This document shows, one piece after another, positions 1-21,549 of a DNA stretch of 64,000 nt; position 1 is the first letter of the stretch, and each line of letters starts with the position of its first letter. The stretch is from the human T2T-CHM13v2.0 reference genome, Homo sapiens: NCBI RefSeq assembly GCF_009914755.1, contig NC_060940.1, one strand, 5' to 3'. Position numbers and translations under genes: made by a program. The notes beneath the pieces were generated by a model, which did not search any database, was not told the origin of the DNA, and was given only the letters and a program-made list of their open reading frames with translations.

Positions 1-243
1 CGTTGAACACATGTCTTTGTACTTTTTTCCATTTTTAACCGGGGCTGAGTTACGCCCAACCACACTGTCCTGGCTGGCACGGGGGAGGAGGTGTCAGCTG
101 CTGTCCAGAATGGGGCTGACACATTCATTTTAAACAGGCCAGGAAGATGCAGATTTGGCAAGCTCTGAAATTTGCCGACACCCCAAGTCAAGGGTAAGCA
201 GGAGAACCGGAAAAGGGCAGCTTCTCATGTAGTCAGGTTCTCC

Positions 244-252
244 TGATGCAAG
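244..252 (+). promoter_or_regulatory. C/EBP-ATF response element (AARE/CARE) candidate in SLC7A5-derived intron 1
   Basis: TGATGCAAG matches TGATGXAAX; SLC7A5 is an established ATF4 target. Motif only. Confidence 0.35.
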
Positions 253-759
253 CGTCCTGGTGGATTTGGGTTTCCCAAGGGTCCTGACTCCAGGAGACCC
301 CCAGGACCGACAGGAAGGGCCACCCCTCCCTCTGAAACTCTGAAGCCAGGCCACCCAGTGCTGAAATGCTGTGTGAACTCGGGCAAGTTCCTTTGCAGGG
401 ACTGAGCCTCCCTTTCATGTCTCCAACAGACTGGAACACTGCCTCCCGTTGCATGGGCGAAATACCTCGCGGACATGTCTTACGGCGCCCCATGAAAGCA
501 TCACCATTAATCTGACCAGTCACTGCAGCATGAGTATCTTCAGGGCACAGATGAAGCCATGGGCACCAGTGATAAGGAGTTGCCACTGCTGGCTAAGTGC
601 GGAGCCTCACACATCTGTGGCCCAGAAACCCATACCCCACTCCAAACCCTCTATAGCTCCAACAGTTATGCTAACAAGAAAAAGGAGTGAAAACCCGCTC
701 CAGTCACGGTATTGTGGAGGTGGAAGGACACTTGTGGCAGCCAATCCAACACCTCCATT

Positions 760-880
760 TTATAGCTGGGGTAAACATAGTTCAGAGAGGTTGTCCCACT
801 TGCTGAAAGTCACACAGCAGTTCCTGGGCGGCAAAGTGAGGACATCCAGGTCTCCTAAATCTCACCCTCGTGCTCTGCCC
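760..880 (+). mobile_element. MIR SINE fragment
   Basis: ccattttatagctggggtaaacatagttcagagaggttgtcccacttgctgaaagtcacacagc resembles the MIR core. Confidence 0.55.
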
Positions 881-1864
881 ACTTAACTAGGCTTTTCAAT
901 CCTGGCTGTCAAAGAGAAGCACCAAGTCCACTTGGGCTCCTGGCCAGCATCCAGGCCAGTCCAACTCAACAGCAAGCGGAAGCAAATACCACACAATGAA
1001 CTTGTTGAACAGACTCTGTGCTCAGGCTTAACCAGTGCACAGCCTGTACACCCGACAGGCGGATGCAGCTGTTCCAAACTAAGGCCAGGGCCTCTCCCCA
1101 ATCCCGATGGGCTCTGCAGGTGCAGTGATGGAAGAATCCCTGGTGACGGGGAGCCCTTAGCTCTGAGCAGGACCTGAAGCCATCTCAGGGCTTGCACCGG
1201 TCCAGATGCTGCTGCACAAGTGCTCCAGGGGCTCCTGCCCTGCCCTCCTCACTTGCCCCCTCACCTGTCAGGGATGTTTGATTCCTGGCTGGCCCCTCCC
1301 CTACCTGACCCCTGCCAAAGACCTACGCCACCCCAGGCTCCCAGCTCTGAAGCAAACAACCAGAGAAGTCAAGCGCCTGGCTCCGGGCCACACAGCTTGA
1401 GGGACTCAGAGCTCCAGGGACAGTGCCCGGGCCCTGCTCAGGCCTTCTGCAGAGGCTCTGGGCTCTTCCAGTTGACTCAGCTCACAGGGCCCCTACACAG
1501 TACCAGGTGAAGACACAGCCCCAAGAACCCTCAGGGTCTGAAGCCACACATGTGAGCCGTGGGCAGAATCCTGCATTGGCCTCCAGCAGCTCGAGAGCAC
1601 AGGGACAAAGCTGGACTGGCCCCGGGGTCACCGTGGCCTTGGTTTTGTAGCAGCTGCAGTTTGAGCACGTACACCAAAAATAAAATTCTAAGCCCCGTAA
1701 CTGACTGAAGGGACCACTCCTATTGGCCAAAGGGATATTCCAAAGTTAACCTGAAAAACGAGCTCAGGTCATGATGGGAAGAGGGGTCACACAGGCCTTG
1801 TTATACCCCCTCCCTCTGGAATTCAGGTACAGCTGACCAGCACTAACATTCAAACACAGATCTT

Positions 1865-2140
1865 GGCCTGGCTCAGTGACTCATGCCTGTAATCCCAGCA
1901 CTTTGGGAGGCTGAGGTGGGCAGATCATGAGGTCAGGAGTTCGAGACCAGCCCGACCAACATGGAGAAACCCCATCTCTACTAAAAATACAAAATTAGCC
2001 AGGCATGGTGGCGGCAGGCACCTGCAATCCCAGCTACTTGGGAGGCTGAGGCAGGAGAATCTCTTGAACCCGGTTGCAGTGAGCCGAGATCATGCCACTG
2101 CACTCCAGCCTGGGTGACAAAAACAAAACAAAACAAAACA
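1865..2140 (+). mobile_element. AluS element inside the MER4 LTR
   Basis: GGCC..CCTGTAATCCCAGC..CACTCCAGCCTGGG with (AAAAC)n tail. Confidence 0.9.
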
Positions 2141-2236
2141 CAATATTGGTCTCCACAACCTCCTGTCTTACCCAGATACTCCTTTCTATTGATTCCAGGT
2201 CTTTAGCTAATAACTCTTTCAACCAATTGTGAATCA

Positions 2237-2531
<295 letters not shown>

Positions 2532-2532
<1 letters not shown>

Positions 2533-2633
2533 TATATATATATATGTATATATATGTGTATATATATGTATATGTGTATATATATGTGTATATATGTGTA
2601 TATATATGTGTGTATACATATATATATATATAT
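2532..2633. repeat. (TA)n/(TATATGTG)n microsatellite grown from an Alu tail
   Basis: Directly visible. Confidence 0.95.
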
Positions 2634-2963
2634 AAAAAGAAAAAAGAAATCTTTGAACCCACTTGTGACCAGGAAGCCCATCCCTGCCTTGGAGTTGTCC
2701 CGCCTTTCTTGGCAGAACCAACAAATACCTTTCATGTACTGACTGATGTCTGCCTGTAACTTCTGTCCTTGTACAAGGTATGAACTCCAGCTGTGGCCCA
2801 GCCCCTGGGGCACATGTCCTCAGGGCCTCCAGGCCTTGGTCCTCACATTTGACTCCGGATAAACCTCTTCAAATATTTTACAGACTCTGGCTTTCTCGTT
2901 AACAAGCAGCTCACACATATAGTGTCTCAGCAGTGACAGATGCTGGCCCACCCCGAGGTCAGG

Positions 2964-2974
2964 ATGACTCAGCA
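2964..2974 (+). promoter_or_regulatory. NRF2/NF-E2 antioxidant response element (MARE-type)
   Basis: ATGACTCAGCA is an exact CNC-sMAF consensus. Motif only. Confidence 0.45.
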
Positions 2975-4307
2975 GGGATTGAGTTTGCGGGCGTCATGCT
3001 CCAAGGCCCGGAATAGGAGGTTGGTGCTCATTCCTCACATAGTGGGCAAATCCTAGGGCAGGGGAGGGGGGGCAATGCCAGAGAATGGTCCCCACCTGGG
3101 GCGGTCTGACGGCCAGAGATGCAGAGAAAGAGACGCCTCCCACGCTCCTGGAGGGCAGGTGCTGTGGCCACCCCGGAGGGTCCGCCTTCCAGAGGGAGAG
3201 TTCAGGATTTGGCCACAATCAGGGAAGGAGGCACTGGGGGGGGGCCCTCCTGTTGGAAAAGGGCAGCGGCAGGAAGGGGGTGCTGCCACAGGGCCTCTGG
3301 GGAGCGCGCGGGCACACAGTACCAATCTGCGTGCATACACATGCCCTGTCCCTGCAGATGGGCCACGCAAGGCCTGCCCATGGCCAGCCATCCAGGTGAT
3401 GCTCCAGGGAGGGCCAGGCCTACTTGGGGGCAGAACCCTGTGGCTGTCCAGGATACCTGGATGTGAGTCTGGGAAGGATGGAGAAGGGTGGAGGAGTGCG
3501 AAGGGCCCCTAGGGGTTGCTGGGGAACACAGATGAGCCTCTGACCCACCTGTGTCCTTACCTGGGCCGACTGGGCCACCCAGTCTTGCTGACACCTCCCC
3601 AGACCCCTGGCACCCACCAGACTCCCCAGGCGTGGCTGTGTGCTCCGCTATGCCTGATGACAAACAGTGGCCTCAGTGTAGAGGTGGGCACTGTGGCCCC
3701 TGGCTCCTGGCTCGCTCCTGCCTCAGTTTCCCCAGCTCTAAATTGGGGATTATCACTGGCTTCAAAGGCTGGAGTGGAAAGTGGTGGCCAAGAGGTGCCA
3801 AGAGGTGGTGCAAGCATGTGCCCTACCTTGGACACCCCTCTACAGGGGGTGGCTCTCACCCTGGCCTGGGCCCTCGGGGGTCTGCGCAGCCCACTCTTCT
3901 GTGTGAAGGCGGCTGGTACACTTTCCTGGGCAAGATTCTGCACATTCTGCTGGATTATGAAAGAGGTCTGTGACCCAAGAAAAAAGGGTCAGAAGTGCCC
4001 GTTAGGCTCTCCTGTGTGGCTCAGGTCATGTGCTTCTGTGAACTCCCCCTACGGCCTTGCCCCGAATCCCGTGATGCAGCGTGACCTGCCCAGGCGCCGG
4101 CGGCACTTTCATGTCTGGCTGGGAAAGTCGGATTTCAGCACTAATCACTGGCTGCCGCCTGCAATGAGCCCACGGCTTGAGCTCTGGGGCCCACCCAGCT
4201 CCTTAAACATGCAGAACCTTTGCTAGCTGAGCCAGGGTCCCAGCTGTGCGGGGTTGGGGATGGAGGGGTGCAGGGATCCCAAAACCCAACCCGGGGCCAG
4301 GTTTTAC

Positions 4308-4450
4308 ACAGGCCTGGACTGAGAAGTGGGGCTACAGGCTACAGGTGCTTGATACCCTGGGGGGGCCCTGGAACAGGCCTGGACTGAGAAGCGGGGCTAC
4401 AGGTTACAGGTGCTGGATACCCCAGGGGGGTGCTGGACACCCCAGGGGGG
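4308..4450. repeat. ~65-bp tandem duplication plus partial third copy
   Basis: acaggcctggactgagaag(t/c)ggggctacagg(c/t)tacaggtgct..atacc..gggggg at 4308 and 4373; partial copy 4431-4450. Confidence 0.85.
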
Positions 4451-6192
4451 CGGATAGAGGCAGCCAGGCAGCCTGAAGACCCTGGGGCAAAACACACACA
4501 GGCCCCCTCTGCTCTCTGGTCACTGCTAACTGGCCAACTGGCCTTTGAGTCCACTGACCACAGCTAAGCCCACAGCCATCAAAACCCACCCCTTACACCC
4601 TTCACCCTTTAGGGAGGGGCTCAGAGACAGTTGTGGCGATTCCTACTTCCACCCACAGCCCCCCGACCCTGGGCCTGTGCCGAGTGTGGGTGGGTGACAT
4701 CATCTCGCACCCAGAGCTCCAGACTAAAGGAAACCCTGGCTCCTGTCTCTGGCTCTTCCCTCCCTCTCTTTGTTCCCTTGCTCCTTCCTTCTTTTTGCCA
4801 AAGGAGAAGATAGTGAGGCTGAGGGCTGCTCAACGTGCACAGTGAGCAGGAGATACAAGCATGTGGAGGGACGGTCACAGCCCATGCAACTGGCACCTTC
4901 ACACGCGGAGGCCTGCGATTCCCAGACACCTGGCGCTGGGGCAAATCCCATTCCACAGCCAGAAACAGGCTCGGCGGGGCCAGGTGGATTTCTCAAAGCC
5001 TTGGTTGCTTTTGGCCTGATGCTAGCTGGACAATGTCTCAGCTCACAGGTTCCTAAACGCACACCCGCCCACACCAATCTGCTGAGGAGTGACAGCCATG
5101 GGGAGGAGACCCACCTCACTCCAGGGACCCTGGCACCGTCTCCCATGAGGCCAGGTGTCCTCAGCCACCCGCAGCCAGAGTCCCGCGAGACCGACGGACG
5201 GCCTGCCCCTGCGTGACGGCACGCCTGGGACTGTCCCAGCAGGCTCCCATGCTTCACCCAACTGCGACAGGGAAACAGGAGGGGGCTACTTCTGCTTTCA
5301 AGGCATGGAGGAGCTGTCTGCAGGCCACTTCCCGAACACCTATGCGCTTGGGGAACTGACTGAGACTGAGCCGGGGTATCTTCTCCACGATGCGGTGAGC
5401 CCATCAGGCCCTTCTTCTGAGAGCACCTCCCTGGAGGTGGAAGCCCCTGAGGCCCACAGCATCTTCTGAACCTGTGAGCTCCCACTTATTTACTGAGAGC
5501 TCACCTGGGCCAGTGCCGGTCCACGGCTGTGGCCGGGACTTTGAGTAGATGCTACCCTACTTGCTATGCAGAGCCAGCTGGGGCCCAGGGAGGTCAGATA
5601 ACTGCCCAAACCAAATCCAGGCCCAGCCAGAATCTCAACTCCAGCCTTTGCGCCTTCTGATAAAACCCAGCATCGCTTGAATTTCCAGTACACGCTGCCA
5701 AGTCTTCGTTAAGCAATAAATAACCCACACAACCCTACTGTCATGACAAGTTCCATATGGCCATCCAGAAAGAGACACATAGAGCTGGTTCCTCTCACCT
5801 TTATGACCAGTGAAAAGCGCACCAACACGAAGACACGCGTGAAAGGACCTCATCTCCTAACCAGACTGACAAGCAAGGGATTTTTTCCACTCACCGTCAG
5901 TGGGATGGTTCTAAGCACCGAGGCCAACCCATTTCACACGATTATTTCACAAAAAGAAACTTTCTGTGGGACGTGCCTGGGCTACTGAAAAGACAGCCAG
6001 CAAAACTGAGAACCTTGTTCTCAAATCCGTACCCTCTCCCAAAGCAGCCTCAGAGGCCCGAGGGCTGAGGATCCAGACCCGAAAGCCACTGTACCTTCTG
6101 TAGGATCAGGCTCAAGGACTAAGGGGGTAAAAGGTGCCCTTTCCCTTCCTAAGCAGAAAATTCTGGAACCCAACCTTACGTGTGATCATTTA

Positions 6193-6547
<355 letters not shown>

Positions 6548-6790
6548 CTATGGCTTTTCACTGCTCCAGGAACAATGTCCACAGATAAAACGCCCAGCCT
6601 CTCCTTCACACCCTGGAGCGCCCATCCTGCCCACTGGTCCGGGCTCCAGGCTGCCCCCTGCACCTGTCAGAAGTCCCCCTACAAGGGCAGGGTCTCCCTT
6701 CCTGGGACATCCACTGCCCTTCTCCGAGCTGAAGTCAGAACGACCTGAGAATCAGCTTGGAGTTCTACCAGCCTCAGCCAAGCCCACCTC

Positions 6791-7309
6791 TGCGACAGCA
6801 CTCCTTTCGAGGGGGCACCAGCTGCAGGGAGTCTGTCCCTTACAGACCCGTGACCCCGTGACAGATGAATAAAGTACAGACACACAGATATTCTGCTCTG
6901 CCAGTCCAGCTGAGGGTCCCAGCCGCTTATAGGCTCCCTGCTGAGTCCTGTAAACAGTTGCTACTTGGCTCTGATCAGCTAGTCAGACGCGCATTTATTC
7001 AGTATGATTAATTAACAAAAGCTTGAGTCAACACCATTAGAGTGTAACAGACATTGTGGACTTCCCGAGTAAAAAGCATTTAAGCACCCAGGGTCTTAAG
7101 ATTATATGAGTAAACAAGCTAGCTAGGTAAACTACTCTGCCTTTCTTTTATTTCTATGTTTATTTGTTTAACTAAAGGTAAAGGGATCAGGCCGCCTTCA
7201 GCCAGAGCTAATTACCAAAGTTATGCCAACTTCTCGGCCTTCCAAGATTTGTGTCTATTTCTATAACTATCTCTAATATCTTTCCCACCAGAATGATTGA
7301 ACCCCAACA
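6791..7309 (-). mobile_element. LTR22 (HERV-K HML-5) LTR with ~32-nt PBS-like extension
   Basis: Minus strand begins TGTTGGGGTTCAATC..GGTGGGAAAGATATTAGAGATAGTTATAG and reaches GGACAGACTCCCTGCA (6823), then GCTGGTGCCCC...CGCA; whole unit flanked by CACCTC (6785-6790, 7310-7315). Confidence 0.7.
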
Positions 7310-7677
7310 CACCTCCGTCTCTCAGCAGGGTCTGCCTGTTCAGAGAACACAACTTCTCCTTCTTGCCTTACACACAGGGGCAAGAATAGGTTCACCCTTG
7401 CAGAGAGCACATCCCTTTCTGTTACTGAAAATCACTTTCCAAAAAAAAAAAAAAAAAAAGCAACACATACACACATACTCACCACATACACAGGTGGGTC
7501 AGAGAAAAAAAACAAGTACAAATGGCTTAGGGACATGAGAAGTGTGGCCCTAACTTTCGCTGAAAGGGATCCTATTAACATTAACCCTCACCTCTGGGTC
7601 AGAGAGGGTTGGCACTCTACAGCCTGCCTTGAGGCTTTACCTACTGGGACCAAAAGGACTGCTGGAAAGCTATTTTA

Positions 7678-10587
<2,910 letters not shown>

Positions 10588-10639
10588 TCAGGGGGGATCC
10601 CTTAGCCTAAACCAGCACCAGTCACTACCCGCACACGAT

Positions 10640-10645
10640 TTTATT
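10640..10645 (-). terminator. Candidate intronic polyadenylation signal for SLC7A5P1
   Basis: AATAAA on minus strand ~375 nt after the read-through stop at 11019, followed by GT-rich sequence. Confidence 0.3.
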
Positions 10646-10660
10646 ACTACTGTTTTCTTA

Positions 10661-11089
10661 TGAGTCAGCCCGTGTCACTGATTCCTGACGAGCTGGTGTG
10701 GAGAGCAGAAATGAATAATTTTCTTTTCAACTGCAATTTCCTTTTCAACAACCAGTCAGCAATCGGAGCTTTAACAATAAACCGGTTGCTCAGTTACTCC
10801 ACGTGGGTGCCACGCAAGAGGCTGGGAGTATTGCTCAGCGGGGCCAACGGGAGGCTGGCACTTGCCTGAACCGCTTAAGTGGGGGAATGAAATGCCCACC
10901 GAAGGGCAGGGCAGGGACCCTGCTGTCCCGTCACTGAAGATATTCCCAGCCCGTGGGGAGAAGTGTAAACGAATGAATGAAAGAAACGCACGTGGTTTCT
11001 GGGACCAATGACCTTAGCCTAGAACTGCCGGGACGGTCCAGGAACGCAAAAATGTAGAGATGTGGGAGCCAGGGGCGTAGTGATGCAAG
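10661..11089. promoter_or_regulatory. Motif cluster in proximal intron 1: AP-1, E-boxes, XRE, CARE
   Basis: TGAGTCA 10661-10667; CACGTG 10800-10805 and 10989-10994; TTGCGTG (minus) 10811-10817; TGATGCAAG 11081-11089. Confidence 0.45.
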
Positions 11090-11099
11090 GATGCAGGGA

Positions 11100-12120
11100 C
11101 CCAGGGACCACGACCTCCCAACCCCCGGCCCGCGCCCCGTACTCACGCACGCAGTGGCAGGCCATGAGCTTGGCTGCCTCCTCGGGCACCGGGCAGCTGG
11201 GGAAGAGCGGCTTGAGCAGGTAGGTGGCGAAGACCAGGGCCACGATGTACTGCGATGAAGGCCGGATGACGAGCAGCTCGATCCAGAGCTTGAGGAAGGC
11301 GGGCAGCGAGCCGTAGACGTCCAGCATGTAGGCGTAGTCGCCGCCCGATTTGGAGATGGTGGTGCCCAGCTCCGCGTAGCAGAGCGCGCCCACGATGGAG
11401 AAGACGCCGCACGCGGCCCACATCACCAGCGCCAGCCCCGGCGAGCCTGCCTCCTTAAGCACGCCCGTGGGCGTCACGAAGATGCCCGAGCCGATGATGG
11501 CGCCCACGATGATGGCCACGCCGTTGAGTAGCGTGATGTTCCGCTGCAGGGTCACGCCCTCGCCCTCGCCTGCCGGCGCCGCGCCGTCCGCGCGCTTGGA
11601 GGCCAGCATCTTCTCCCGCGCCTCTTCCTTCTCCTCGGCCACCGGGGCCGCTAGCGCCCGCCGCTTCGGGCCCGCACCCGCCATGCTCTGCTTACCGGCC
11701 GGGCCTGGGACACCCGAGAGCCGCAGCCGAGCGAGGATTGTGCGCGCCGCTCGCCGCCCGCAGCTGCGTCAAGAACCCCGCCCGCGCCGCCTTTTAGGCC
11801 CCGGCCCGCTGGCCCCGCCCACCGTCCGCGGCTCCTCCCCGCCCCGTGGCCCGGCCGCGGCTCTCAGCCCCGCCCCCTCGACCCAGCTCGGAGCACGTGC
11901 GTCCTCCGGCCTAGCCTGGCAGGCGATTCCCAGGCCCGCGTGGTCCTCGAAGGCCCCCGTCCTCCTGCGCCATGGAGACCCCGGCCTCGCGACCTACCCC
12001 CCCGGCGCCCGCGTCATCCCACCCCGTCCTCCCGGGTGCGCCTGGGCGGGGCCTGGCAGTCAGGGCGAGCCCCTTCACCCACTGGCCCGCAGCCTCTCGT
12101 CAAGCCTGGGAGCGGGCAGT
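11100..12120. promoter_or_regulatory. CpG island / SLC7A5-type promoter (transcribes minus strand)
   Basis: Dense CpG; several CCCCGCCC GC boxes; TATA-like CTAAAAG (minus, ~11791-11797); TGACGCA (minus, 11765-11771); E-box/HRE GCACGTGC 11893-11900. Confidence 0.85.
11147..11684 (-). pseudogene. SLC7A5P1: SLC7A5 (LAT1) exon-1 duplicate, open frame of 179 codons (LAT1-like MLAS, TM1-TM3)
   Basis: [29 protein letters not shown]...IIGSGIF..YAELGT..PSCPVP is LAT1 N-terminus; 538 nt from ATG to GTGAGT donor (11146-11141); no other SLC7A5 exon in the window; KMLAS variant and linkage to SPN identify P1. Confidence 0.93.
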
Positions 12121-13572
12121 GCACCAGGGCTGGCCTGAGGCCAAGGATGGGGTTTGGGGTACCCCCCGAAGGGAACCTAGGCTCCTGTCCCGGATGGGCC
12201 TAGGGGATGGAACCGCCCCCACAACCAGCTCCTGGGGCACGGGGGAGGGATGAGAGGATGACCTGAGGGGAAGCTCCTGCAGCCTCCTTCCAGCCTGGGG
12301 GCTGCATCAATGTGGCTGGTGAGCCGCGAACTGAGACGAGGGAAGAACCGAACCGAGGCCACCCAGTAATTCCCATTGTATCCCAAAAGAATCTTGCCAA
12401 AGATGGCGATCCGGTGCCCGTAGCTTTGAGAAGCAGTAATAACACAGGCTTTGGGAAGCCAGCAATCTGCCTGAGCTCAATTTAATCAACAGAACCGGGG
12501 GTTCACCGGGAGCCATAAGACCCCCACCCCCAAATCTAGCTGGGGAATTCAAAGGCAGGCTTCAGTGTGAAGGGGCTTTAAAGCTTGTTATTCCTGGGGA
12601 ATGCGAGAGGCATCTTAGCTAAAAAGGGTTGAGAGGTAATTTCAGTTAGAGGCGAGAGCAGGATGCCAAGGCTCCTAGGCCTGGAAACGGGAAGGAATAT
12701 AAATACTGCCCCGAGATTGACCAGACTGGTGAGCAGCCAAAGACCTCTTCAAAGGGTGTGTGTGGGTCAGGGAGGAAGCTCCTCGGTATCACCCCCACCC
12801 GGGGTTCCTTGGCGTGTGTCCTAACGAGTCCTTGGAAGCTCACAGCAGGCATGTGGGGAGGCCTTTGTTCTGGGTGAGCGTTCAGCCTCCCAGGGCAAAC
12901 ACGCAAACACCGGTTGCAGAGCTGGGTGTTCACAGCAAGACAGTCTGCTGGGCAGATGCCTCTGGAATCCACAGAATCCTGAACAATAGCCGTGGTGGAG
13001 GGGGGGTCAGAATCCCTGTCATGCTGGGACCTCTAGCTGCAGCCAGGAATGTCCAGGCCCCACCCCGGGGAGGAGGCGGCTGAGGAATGCCACGGCTTGT
13101 CATTCTGGACCTTGCTCGCCCCCCGGTATGGCGGGCATTCCTCTGCAGTGATAAAACCAAGCGAAATCTCAGCAGCCCAGGCAGCCACCGGCAGGGGAGT
13201 GCGGAGGTCACACAGATACTAACTTGTAATCTGCCGTCCACGCTGCTGGCTGTGGAAGGTGCAGAGAGCCCTCCATCCGCCCTATTCTTCCCGCTGTGCC
13301 TGCAGAGGGAAGGAGACAGTACCACCATGGCTGGGCAAACTCACCGAGTGCTCACTGAGTCCTCCCCTAGATAGCTTCTTGTGCAATAGGGTAGGTGCCA
13401 GTTAGGAGCAAGGTTAGAGATTGTAGGGCCAGATTTTTTGCTTAGGTTCAACTACGCAAAATAAAAATAGACTTTGCATGCATTTCAGGCACTGGGCTGA
13501 CGACCGGCCACCAGGGAGGCTCCGCCCCACTTCTTAGCTTTGGCCCCAACGTTAGTCTTGTTGCTGCTCTCA

Positions 13573-14262
<690 letters not shown>

Positions 14263-14751
14263 TTTCCACTCGAAAATGCCCTTTGCTCAGAACCCAGCAG
14301 CAGCTCCAAAGTCTCCACCCAGCCTATCGGGCCCCAGTACCCACCCTTGCCTCCCATGCCTCTCTCCTCACCCCTGCACTTGGCTGCCTCACCCTCGGGC
14401 TGCACCTTGAACACCAGAAGGGCGCTCCTGCCTCCAGCCTCTGCCTGGAATTCTCTGCCCTCGGGTAGCCATGTGGTTCACTCCTCCTTTGGTCTCTGCC
14501 CAAATGGCCCCTGTAGAAGAGACCTCCCCACCCAGCCATGTCCTCTCCCTGTGACTTACCACCCCAGACTTTCTGTGTTGATGCATCGTGGTCTACCTCC
14601 TTCCGTCAGAACGTGAGCTCCGAGGCAAAGGCTCTTCAGACCTGAAACAGTCTAGGCTCTGTCCCCAGAGTCTAGAATAGAGCCTGCCATGTAATTGGCA
14701 CTCAATAAATGTTACATGAATTAATGGAAACCATCCTGGCACGAGTGGTAG

Positions 14752-16409
<1,658 letters not shown>

Positions 16410-16418
16410 CAGGAGTTT

Positions 16419-16590
16419 TTACAAGGAGGAAGCTGAAGCTGGAAAGGCACGGAAAAGGATCCTCCCCTAGAGCCTCAGAAGGAAGCAGCCGTGCGGACAC
16501 CTTGGTGTCAGGCTTCTGGCTCACTGAACCGTAAGAGAATCAGTCTCCATTGTTTTAAGCCACCAAGTTTGTGGTACTTTGTTACAGTGA
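16419..16590 (+). mobile_element. MLT1 (ERVL-MaLR) LTR 3' fragment
   Basis: gatcctcccctagagcctcagaagg..ttgttttaagccaccaagtttgtggtactttgttacag. Confidence 0.75.
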
Positions 16591-16730
16591 AACTAAGCAC
16601 CCTGCACTTGCGTTGGGTGCCATGGCACACCCCTCCATCCCAGCGTTATGTTCCCCACGGTACTTACACATCTTTCTTTCACTTGCAGCTGAAACGTACT
16701 TTGACTAAAACAATAACCTCATTCTCTCTT

Positions 16731-16736
16731 TTTAAT
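16731..16736 (-). terminator. CA5AP1: CA5A-type poly(A) signal ATTAAA
   Basis: ATTAAA on minus strand ~95 nt after the exon-7 stop. Confidence 0.55.
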
Positions 16737-16829
16737 TTCAGAAGTCACGTACAATCACATTGTGAAACTTGGGAAACAACGCTTCCTTCCTTCAAAGTCA
16801 GTTCTGCTATTCATGTGGACCTAATGTCT

Positions 16830-17039
<210 letters not shown>

Positions 17040-17049
17040 TCAGGCCTTG

Positions 17050-18130
<1,081 letters not shown>

Positions 18131-18200
18131 CTATAATGTAAATGCTAAAGTAACATTTGAATTTACTTTTCACTCAAGGAACTAAAAGACTACTTTTTAT

Positions 18201-21510
<3,310 letters not shown>

Positions 21511-21549
21511 AAAACGCCATTTCTTTTAGCATACCTTGGCTGCAAAAAA

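Noticed and set aside
3516-5485. 236-aa and 253-aa ORFs in intron 1
   Set aside because: No recognisable homology; expected by chance in GC-rich DNA
11019-11684. Functional SLC7A5 gene
   Set aside because: Multiple substitutions versus LAT1, frameshifted CA5A neighbour and linkage to SPN indicate the 16p11.2 duplicate
11395-12138. 247-aa plus-strand ORF across the CpG island
   Set aside because: Antisense shadow of exon 1 and GC-rich promoter; low-complexity Pro/Ala/Arg sequence
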